53,784 bases of DNA, taken from IMG/VR virus record IMGVR_UViG_3300021446_000141, positions 1 through 53,784 of that record, one strand, 5' to 3'. A program made the translations under genes and the position numbers. Origin of the DNA: a virus. Its lineage: Duplodnaviria; Caudoviricetes. Within the stretch, counting starts at the first letter, position 1. Each line of letters opens with the position of its first letter. Shown piece by piece: positions 46,672 through 53,784 of the stretch. The notes beneath the pieces were generated by a model. The model was given only the letters and a program-made list of their open reading frames with translations. It was not told the DNA's origin and did not search any database.

Positions 46672-48697
46672 CGGAGAGATTCCCGAGGCCTTCGTTCCTC
46701 GTACGATCGAGGAGATCCTCTCGGACCTCGAAGACGTGATCGTGGGGGAGACCACCACGGGTCTGTCCCGATTCTGGCCCTATTCGTTCGAGACCGAGTA
46801 CTTCCGGGCGTACGCGATGAAGGTACGAGAGCACGAGATCATCGCGCTGGCGGTGCTCCTCTCGAACTGGATCGACTACTGTACGGGCGTGGACGAGTCC
46901 GATATGGAAACCCTGGGCCTTGCGGACGAACCCATTACCCGTGAGGAGATCAACAGGTATCTGTTCTCCGATAACCTCGACCCCATCGGGAAGAAGTTGG
47001 GCGTCGAGCGCCGGACGGGTACTCGTGCGACCGGACACGTCACCTTCGAGGTGGCATCCGAGACCGCTCGGGTCTACGAGGGGACACGGGTGACGACGGA
47101 CCCGGTGACCTCCGACGTACTCTATGAGTACTATGCCGATCTGGATGGGGATGGTTCCATAGACGAGGGGAACTACACCACACCGGACTCGGGTCGGGAG
47201 GTAACGGTTCCCATTGTCGCCGAAGAGATCGGTGGGCAGTACGACATCGGTCCGGGCCAGGCCATCCACCTTCCGAACCCACCCCAGGACGTTGTGTCCG
47301 TACGGAACGACCAGGAGATCACGGGCGGGGGTGACCGTGAAAGTGACGAGTCGTTCCGCAACAGGATCAAGGGCTCTATCCACAAACGCACGTACGGTGG
47401 CAACAAGCAGGGGATGAAGGACGGAATCCGGACCCGTGTGGAAGGGGTGGAGGACGTGGAGATAATCGAGTACACGGACCAGCATCCGGTCTACTCGGAC
47501 GTGATCGTGGACGGTGGAGAGCGAGATGAACTACTGTCGGTCATTAATGAGATCCGCCCTGTCGCCCTCGACCAGCGCCTGATCCGCCCGGAGCGGATCA
47601 ACATCTCGGTGCGGGCCGAGATAGCCGGTACGGGCATAACCGAGGACTATATCGTCTCGGAGATCGAACGGTACCTCACGAACATCGAGATCGGGGAGAA
47701 CCTGTACGAGGACGACCTGGTACAGTTGATCGAGAACCTCGAAGACGACATTCGGAACATCGAGACGCTCAGTCTCGCAATCGAGTCGGTGGAGTCCGAA
47801 CGACACACATACGACTCCGATACGGGCATCTATTCGCTCGACGTGAACGCTCCGACATTACCCTTCGAGAGGTACGTCTTCCGGGGCACGGGTGAGGTCT
47901 ACGAGTTCGAGGTCCTCCCGATCAAGCCGAGTACGGTCGAAATCACCTCGACCACCTACCAGGGCACCACGACCTTTACGGAGGGAACTGACTACCGTCT
48001 GGTCGACAGTACCCGTGACGAGGAACCCGACCTCATCGAGTGGATCGACGGAGGGGACTCTCCGGACATGTACGAGACCTTTACGGCCGAATACGAGTAC
48101 ATTGATCGGGTCGGAGAGGGCCTGGCCATCGAGGACGCGAGCCAGTACTTCGCCGACCAGGACGTGTACAACCTCCGGTTCGAGGCGAGGGACTCCTCGT
48201 TCTATCGGATCACTGACAGTGATGGCCATGCCTATGACCGTGGAGTCGCATGGGAGGCCCAGGACCGGACTCAGACGGGTGACATAGACTCGATCCGGTG
48301 GCTCCCGGAGGGCAACCGTCCGAACGACGGGGCCACCTTCTATCCGCACTATGACATTGCCTCGGGAACCCTCGGTGCCTACGAGGTGTATGCCTCAGTG
48401 GACAACGAGGAGGGTACCAAGTTAGAGGAATCCGTTGCGTGGGAGACCTTCTACGGTGGCGACAACTACTTCGACCTGGAGATCCACTGGCGAAATGCCA
48501 CAGAATCGGGTGCGAAGAATCCCTCCGAGGGATGGAAGGATCAGAGCCCAGTGTATCCGGACGACGGCACCGAGTTCACGGTCAACTACGACGTGAACCA
48601 GCCACTGAACGAGGACTACATCGCCTCGCCCACACAGAAGATCTCTCCGGGACAGTATATCGAGGTCGAGGCCTACGATATACAGTCTCAGGAATAA
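46664..48697 (+). CDS. baseplate J-like wedge protein 2
   Basis: LDPIGKKLGVER, AEEIGGQYDI, GGGDRESDESFRNRI; colinear paralog. Confidence 0.85.
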   Translation: MANGEIPEAFVPRTIEEILSDLEDVIVGETTTGLSRFWPYSFETEYFRAYAMKVREHEIIALAVLLSNWIDYCTGVDESDMETLGLADEPITREEINRYLFSDNLDPIGKKLGVERRTGTRATGHVTFEVASETARVYEGTRVTTDPVTSDVLYEYYADLDGDGSIDEGNYTTPDSGREVTVPIVAEEIGGQYDIGPGQAIHLPNPPQDVVSVRNDQEITGGGDRESDESFRNRIKGSIHKRTYGGNKQGMKDGIRTRVEGVEDVEIIEYTDQHPVYSDVIVDGGERDELLSVINEIRPVALDQRLIRPERINISVRAEIAGTGITEDYIVSEIERYLTNIEIGENLYEDDLVQLIENLEDDIRNIETLSLAIESVESERHTYDSDTGIYSLDVNAPTLPFERYVFRGTGEVYEFEVLPIKPSTVEITSTTYQGTTTFTEGTDYRLVDSTRDEEPDLIEWIDGGDSPDMYETFTAEYEYIDRVGEGLAIEDASQYFADQDVYNLRFEARDSSFYRITDSDGHAYDRGVAWEAQDRTQTGDIDSIRWLPEGNRPNDGATFYPHYDIASGTLGAYEVYASVDNEEGTKLEESVAWETFYGGDNYFDLEIHWRNATESGAKNPSEGWKDQSPVYPDDGTEFTVNYDVNQPLNEDYIASPTQKISPGQYIEVEAYDIQSQE

Positions 48698-48700
48698 CAA

Positions 48701-49141
48701 ATGACTGATACGACAACCAACAACTACGAAGAACTGATCGTCGGCGTACTGATCAACAACTACGAGGCCCCCGCAAACTTCACCGTCGGGCTTTATAACG
48801 ACTCGGTGGACGCGATCGGGCCCGGAGACGACATCGGAGCGATCACCTCGGAACCGACCGGCTCCTCGTACAGCAGACAGTCGGTCGACCGGGTGAACTG
48901 CTCGTCGAGCCAATCCGGCGGAAACCAGCGGCTTGAGTTCCCCCGGGTGGACTTCGATACATCCGATTCGGACGAGGGGATCGACTCGTACTTCCTGATG
49001 GCCGAGTTCAACGACGGGACCAATTCGACCTACCGGCTGATTTCGACCGGAAAGATCGAGAGCGATACCTACTCGGTTGACCTGTCGAACATCGACCAGT
49101 ACACCCTATCGAACATTTTCATCGAGCACTCCGAGAGCTAA
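48701..49141 (+). CDS. baseplate/tail-fibre attachment protein (probable)
   Basis: VGLY...EPTGSSYSRQSV...FP pattern; synteny. Confidence 0.55.
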   Translation: MTDTTTNNYEELIVGVLINNYEAPANFTVGLYNDSVDAIGPGDDIGAITSEPTGSSYSRQSVDRVNCSSSQSGGNQRLEFPRVDFDTSDSDEGIDSYFLMAEFNDGTNSTYRLISTGKIESDTYSVDLSNIDQYTLSNIFIEHSES

Positions 49142-49161
49142 TCCGTTAGGACCCTCTACTG

Positions 49162-50646
49162 ATGCCAACAGAAAACGATCTGGATGTCGAAACTGTCGAC
49201 TACGGTGAACTCGACAGTACCTCGACCGCGGTAGAGGGTCAGGGTACGACCACAGCGAGCACGGCGAGTACCTGTTCGGGCGGACGGATCACCTTCGCAG
49301 ACGCCCAGCCCGTGCGGTCGGAGGGCGCTGCTGGGGTCGCAACCACCATCTCCTCACGCAGGGACGAGGCCCTTGGGGTCGGACAGGCCGCCTCGGGCTC
49401 GACCGTAGAGGCCGAACGGACGGACTTCAACGATGGTCTCCGCACCCCGCCGGTCATCAGCTACCCCTCGGTCGAGACTGACGGCAAACAGATCATCGAC
49501 GACGGGGTGGGAACTACCCACACGATGAGCACCAGCAGTCCGGGGACCACCACGAGTGTGGTCGCAAGCGCTCAGGGGTCCGGCCTCTATACTGAGAGTT
49601 CCTCAAACGAACGCGAGGAGACCTTCCAGGACGACTCGATTCCGGGTACGGCCCAGAACAACGACCCGATCATGGCCGACGTTCCGTTTCCGACCCCACG
49701 GAACGACGTGCTGGTCGATCGGGAACCATATCGGTACAACGCGAAGGAATACGACGACGGAACCGAATCCGAACAGACCGTCTACCGTCTCCGAAAGGCA
49801 CCCGTCAAGTCGGTCCAGTCGGTCCGAGCAGAGGTGGATGGAGACGAAATCCTCCTCGTCGAGGGCGAGGACTACGAGGTGGCCGACCAGGACCGGGACA
49901 TGAAACCGGACAGTATCGACTTCGGTGCCGACACCGTGGAAGATGGACTGGTCCCCGACTTCGGGAGCACGTTCTACGTGTCCTACCGGTGTCGTCCCGT
50001 GGTCGAGCGGTACACCGAGTCCTTCGATGAAACCTATGAACAGTTCCTCCCAGATGTAAACTACATCGTCAACTCGGCCCAGATTACGAACGCACAGGAC
50101 GACGACCTCAATCGGATCGGACGGGAGTTCGGTCCACTCGGAAAACGACAGGATCGTAACAACCCCGAGTACCAGACCTACCTACAGTCGCTCGTCCGGG
50201 CGTTCAAGGGTCGTGGTACGGTCGAAGGGGTCCGGTTTGCGATAGCCTCGGCCACCATCGGCGGAAAGGAGAACGTCGGGTTGGACGAGGACTTCGTGGA
50301 AAGCGTATACAAGATCGTTCTCCGGAACTGGACGCCGCATCGAACCGAAACGATCTCCGAGTTGGCTGAACTGGCCGATCCCTCGGGTGTGGAGCGAATC
50401 CCTCCGATCCAGTATCGGAACCCGGGTACGAACGTACGGCTCTTCTCGGATGTAACCCGGGCCACGGAGATCACGATCACACTCGAAACGGATACGGTCG
50501 TAATGGATGCCGGGGACACCACCACCGAGCGATATGCGGACGGACTCGGCTCGGGGTACCTCGGAGAGGGCGACCTCTCCCGGGAAGAGGACCTCTCGAC
50601 CCTACAGTTCGACAATGACACGATGGACGACGAACGGTTATCATAA
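49162..50646 (+). CDS. baseplate wedge protein (gpI-like C-terminus)
   Basis: AQDDDLNRIG...FKGRGTVEGVRFAI...PSGV. Confidence 0.65.
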   Translation: MPTENDLDVETVDYGELDSTSTAVEGQGTTTASTASTCSGGRITFADAQPVRSEGAAGVATTISSRRDEALGVGQAASGSTVEAERTDFNDGLRTPPVISYPSVETDGKQIIDDGVGTTHTMSTSSPGTTTSVVASAQGSGLYTESSSNEREETFQDDSIPGTAQNNDPIMADVPFPTPRNDVLVDREPYRYNAKEYDDGTESEQTVYRLRKAPVKSVQSVRAEVDGDEILLVEGEDYEVADQDRDMKPDSIDFGADTVEDGLVPDFGSTFYVSYRCRPVVERYTESFDETYEQFLPDVNYIVNSAQITNAQDDDLNRIGREFGPLGKRQDRNNPEYQTYLQSLVRAFKGRGTVEGVRFAIASATIGGKENVGLDEDFVESVYKIVLRNWTPHRTETISELAELADPSGVERIPPIQYRNPGTNVRLFSDVTRATEITITLETDTVVMDAGDTTTERYADGLGSGYLGEGDLSREEDLSTLQFDNDTMDDERLS

Positions 50647-50649
50647 TAT

Positions 50650-51042
50650 ATGACAGTTACGACAGACAACGGACTCGAATGGGCGGAAGGACAACTCATC
50701 GGTGCCGACCAGGGCAAGATCGACGCGATGGCAGTCGGTTCCGGCAGCACGACGGAGAGCACCTCGGACACGAGCCTCGACAACCGGGTCTCGGATATTA
50801 TTACCGATAATAATAACCCCGTACGGTTCCTCCGTACGGACCAGGGGTTCGAGTGCTTTATCACCATTCAGGGTGGTTCAGAGGTGCCGAGTGATACCGA
50901 GATACGGGAGGTCGGTGTGTACTCGAAGGCGACAGTTACTGGGGAGAGCCCGATCCTCGTCGCACGGGACGTGTTCTCCACCGTGACGGTGAACCCGGGC
51001 CACTCCGTGGAGTTTCAGATCCCCATCGACTTGAGGAGGTAA
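50650..51042 (+). CDS. tail-fibre N-terminal-like adaptor
   Basis: TDNG, MAVGSG, DTSL, IREVGVY, LVAR. Confidence 0.65.
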   Translation: MTVTTDNGLEWAEGQLIGADQGKIDAMAVGSGSTTESTSDTSLDNRVSDIITDNNNPVRFLRTDQGFECFITIQGGSEVPSDTEIREVGVYSKATVTGESPILVARDVFSTVTVNPGHSVEFQIPIDLRR

Positions 51043-51045
51043 TGT

Positions 51046-52095
51046 ATGGCAGGAAAACTATTCCCACAGCCGGACCAGGACGCGGATGCAGCTAATTTCG
51101 CACAGTGGAACAGCACCGGGATCGCCGAGGCATATGCCGTCAGTGGCGTCGAACTGACGAATCCGGATTATTCGGCCGGGACCGTGGACGTTACGGCCGG
51201 AAAGGTACGGATCTGGAAGGACTCCTTCGAGGCCACCCAGAAAAGCAAGGTACGGGAGCACGGGACCCAGTTCATGGCGACCCTGGACGCTCAGACCCTA
51301 TCTCTGGATGATACCTCCGTAAACTTCATCTACGTCGTGCCCGGATTCCAGCAGGCTGGGACCAAAACGCCCTCGTTTTCGGTCACACAGGCCCAGAATC
51401 CTCCCACAGCCGAGTCCGTCCTGATTGGGGAGGTCGATTGTCCCAACTCGACTACATCCGAACGGAACAGGTTCCCGGACGGGGAGTTCGGGGATCTCAC
51501 TACGGAGAACCTGGACAGCACTGTCAAGAACCTAATGCCCAGTTACTCCGGGACCGGGAACGCTCCGGCCGAACCCGGTAACGTCATCTACGTCGATGGG
51601 ACGGGTTCGGAGGAAGCGGGCGTGTACTCCTACAACGATGACCAGTCGGTGTGGGACGGTCCGCTCGAAGGTGGCGCGAAAAACACCAACACCCAGACCG
51701 CGGTGTCGGAGAACGGAACCGAGTTAGTGGCCAACACCGCGGACATCGACTTCACCAAGAACATCGTGGCGACCGATGATGGGGACGGTACCGTCTCGGT
51801 CAACGTCGAGGGCAACGCTCTCGGGTACAATACCACGAACATCAGTTCGGCCTACACCGCGAGTGATATGGAGGCAGTCTTCTGTGATGCCTCCGGAGGA
51901 GCCTTTACGGTTACACTTCCTCCCGTGGGGGCCGACACGCAAATCGTACTGCACAAGACCGATTCGAGTGGGAACTCCGTTACGGTCGATCCAAACGGAA
52001 GCGAGACGATCAACGGGGACACTACCGACGAACTGAGTGCCCAATACGAGTCGATCGAGTTGATTTCCGACGGAAACGAATGGTTCATCATCTAA
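51046..52095 (+). CDS. tail fibre protein
   Basis: Thr/Asp-rich; C-terminal DASGGAFTVTLP...ETING...SDGNEWFII domain. Confidence 0.7.
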   Translation: MAGKLFPQPDQDADAANFAQWNSTGIAEAYAVSGVELTNPDYSAGTVDVTAGKVRIWKDSFEATQKSKVREHGTQFMATLDAQTLSLDDTSVNFIYVVPGFQQAGTKTPSFSVTQAQNPPTAESVLIGEVDCPNSTTSERNRFPDGEFGDLTTENLDSTVKNLMPSYSGTGNAPAEPGNVIYVDGTGSEEAGVYSYNDDQSVWDGPLEGGAKNTNTQTAVSENGTELVANTADIDFTKNIVATDDGDGTVSVNVEGNALGYNTTNISSAYTASDMEAVFCDASGGAFTVTLPPVGADTQIVLHKTDSSGNSVTVDPNGSETINGDTTDELSAQYESIELISDGNEWFII

Positions 52096-52105
52096 CCGGA
52101 CAATA

Positions 52106-53784
52106 ATGACGAAATATGAATGGGTCCAAAACGATCACGAGGAGATCGAGACGGACCTCACGACACTCGATGGCGCACCACGGGACCTCGATCTAACAGG
52201 ACGGAAGGTTAACTATGTACTGAGGCACTACCTCGGCCCAAAGGTGGCAGACAAGGAGGCGAACGTGCAGGGTACGACCGCAAAGGTGGAACTGACCCCT
52301 GACAACCTCTCACGTACCTCCAAACACATGGCCGAGTGGGTTATCACGGGTGGAGAAGACGATCCCACAACACTGCCCAAAGACGGTTCGATCGGGGCCA
52401 AAGTCCGGGCATCCGTGGACAACGGTGGGAACGTAGCCGAGCCCCTCGTCGAGGATAAGACCGTCGATACCCTCACCGTGAACGGTCTAACTGGATCTCT
52501 TACCGATGGGACCGAAATCGACGACCTGGTGGGGACGAACCTCTCCGTTTCGGGTGGTACTCTGAAGGCGACCGATACCGACACACAGCTATCGGATGAG
52601 GACGTACAGGACCTGGTTGCGGGACTACTGAGCGGGTCCGGTGCGACCAGTGTCTCCTACGACGACAGTAATGACTCAGTAACGGTCGAGAGCACCGATA
52701 CGAACACACAGCTATCGGGCGAGCAGGTCGAGGACATTGTGGCCGAACTGGTAGAGGGTTCGGGCGCAACAAGTGTCTCGTACGACGACACGAATGGAAC
52801 CCTTACTGTCGATAGTACGGATACCGACACACAACTATCCGATGAGGAGGTACAGGACGTTGTGGCCGATTTCGTCTTGGCTGGCAACAACGTGGCGGTC
52901 TCATACGACGATAGCGGTAACGTTCTATCAGTATCCTCGACGGATACTAACACACAGCTATCGGATGAGGACGTACAGGACGTTGTGGGCGGACTGGTGA
53001 CAGGTTCGGGTGCGACCAGTGTCTCCTACGATGACAGTAACGGGACCCTTACGGTAGAAAGTACCGATACTGACACACAGTTGTCCGATGAGGACGTACA
53101 GGACGTTGTGGGCGGACTGGTGACAGGTTCGGGCGCAACGAGTGTCTCATACGACGACAGTAATGACGTTCTCACAGTATCCTCGACGGATACCGACACA
53201 CAACTATCCAGTGAGGAGGTAGAGGACATGGTGGCGTCGTACCTGTTGGGCGGGAACAACGTCCAGATCAGTTACGACGATGCAAACGATACGTTAACAA
53301 TTGACGCCAATCACGACCACTCGGGTGAGACCCTGGGCACGTCGTCCTCACCGGTTAGCACCGTTCACGCGGACGTGACCAATGCGGGGGAACTGTCCGC
53401 TGATACGTCCACAACCGCCGAGAAGCCTGTCTACGATGTGGCCTCTTATGGGGCTACCGGGGACGGGTCTACCGACGACACGGCAGCCATTCAGTCCGCA
53501 ATTGACACCGGTATCTCCAACGGCGGTGGGACCGTCTACCTTCCGAACGGGACCTATGTGATTTCGGACGAGCTTGTCGTCGGGGACGGTATCAGTATCG
53601 AGGGCGACGGGCGGGACGCTACTGCGATCGAAACCGATCAGAGTGGGTCCGGAGCGAGCTTCCCTGGCGCAATGATTGCAGGTACTGACGTATCCGATTT
53701 CCACCTCGAAGGACTCTCCATGGTGGGGCCAGGGGTAAACGCCTCCTATGGTGCAATGTTGTTCCGGTCGAGGTACAACATTGC
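52106..53784 (+). CDS. tail fibre/spike adhesin with pectate-lyase-like beta-helix (truncated by window)
   Basis: ATG at 52106, appears open to the window end (absent from the ORF track); YDVASYGATGDGSTDDTAAIQSAI...VYLPNGTY. Confidence 0.85.
   Translation, partial: MTKYEWVQNDHEEIETDLTTLDGAPRDLDLTGRKVNYVLRHYLGPKVADKEANVQGTTAKVELTPDNLSRTSKHMAEWVITGGEDDPTTLPKDGSIGAKVRASVDNGGNVAEPLVEDKTVDTLTVNGLTGSLTDGTEIDDLVGTNLSVSGGTLKATDTDTQLSDEDVQDLVAGLLSGSGATSVSYDDSNDSVTVESTDTNTQLSGEQVEDIVAELVEGSGATSVSYDDTNGTLTVDSTDTDTQLSDEEVQDVVADFVLAGNNVAVSYDDSGNVLSVSSTDTNTQLSDEDVQDVVGGLVTGSGATSVSYDDSNGTLTVESTDTDTQLSDEDVQDVVGGLVTGSGATSVSYDDSNDVLTVSSTDTDTQLSSEEVEDMVASYLLGGNNVQISYDDANDTLTIDANHDHSGETLGTSSSPVSTVHADVTNAGELSADTSTTAEKPVYDVASYGATGDGSTDDTAAIQSAIDTGISNGGGTVYLPNGTYVISDELVVGDGISIEGDGRDATAIETDQSGSGASFPGAMIAGTDVSDFHLEGLSMVGPGVNASYGAMLFRSRYNI
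52571..53308 (+). repeat. six 123-bp (41-aa) coding tandem repeats
   Basis: Consensus TDTDTQLSDEDVQDxVxGLxxGSGATSVSYDDSNxxLTVxS. Confidence 0.9.

Noticed and set aside
20115-53704. Long antisense ORFs (e.g. 20115-21437, 26337-27857, 30425-31471, 39774-40892)
   Set aside because: Shadow frames of GC-rich, Asp/Glu-biased genes on the opposite strand.
1-53784. tRNA/rRNA genes, integrase, DNA polymerase, inteins; CTAG avoidance
   Set aside because: None recognised by eye. CTAG seems rare (one noticed at ~21719), but it was not counted and avoidance is already well known in haloarchaeal genomes.

Overview
The window is part of a haloarchaeal tailed virus genome of myovirus type (Caudoviricetes). 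Evidence: acidic proteins, BRE/TATA promoters, leaderless genes and a contractile-tail gene set. Bases ~22.5-53.8 kb are a colinear morphogenesis module: a TFB-like factor, TerS, TerL, a portal-MuF fusion, protease/scaffold, cement, major capsid, neck, sheath, tube, a chaperone with a probable -1 frameshift, tape measure, a baseplate with two J-like paralogs, and tail fibres. Bases ~0.4-21.5 kb are an accessory, probably early, region of about 45 small genes: Zn-finger microproteins, two protein-kinase-like paralogs, two HhH glycosylase-like proteins, a LAGLIDADG endonuclease and a Tat-exported subtilase. Two non-coding systems stand out. (1) A ~513-nt, end-paired, multi-helix element (21805-22317) lies behind its own minus-strand promoter, and a diverged second copy with compensatory changes sits at the window start; it is a candidate novel large viral ncRNA. 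(2) A fixed-geometry site, YACSG-N12-TGACA, occurs as 15 inverted 58-bp dyads and about 10 half-sites, mostly 22-23 bp upstream of the TATA box of leaderless gene cassettes. Several 19-20-bp phased motif arrays also occur in intergenic DNA. All functional calls come from motif reading by eye; no database search was run.
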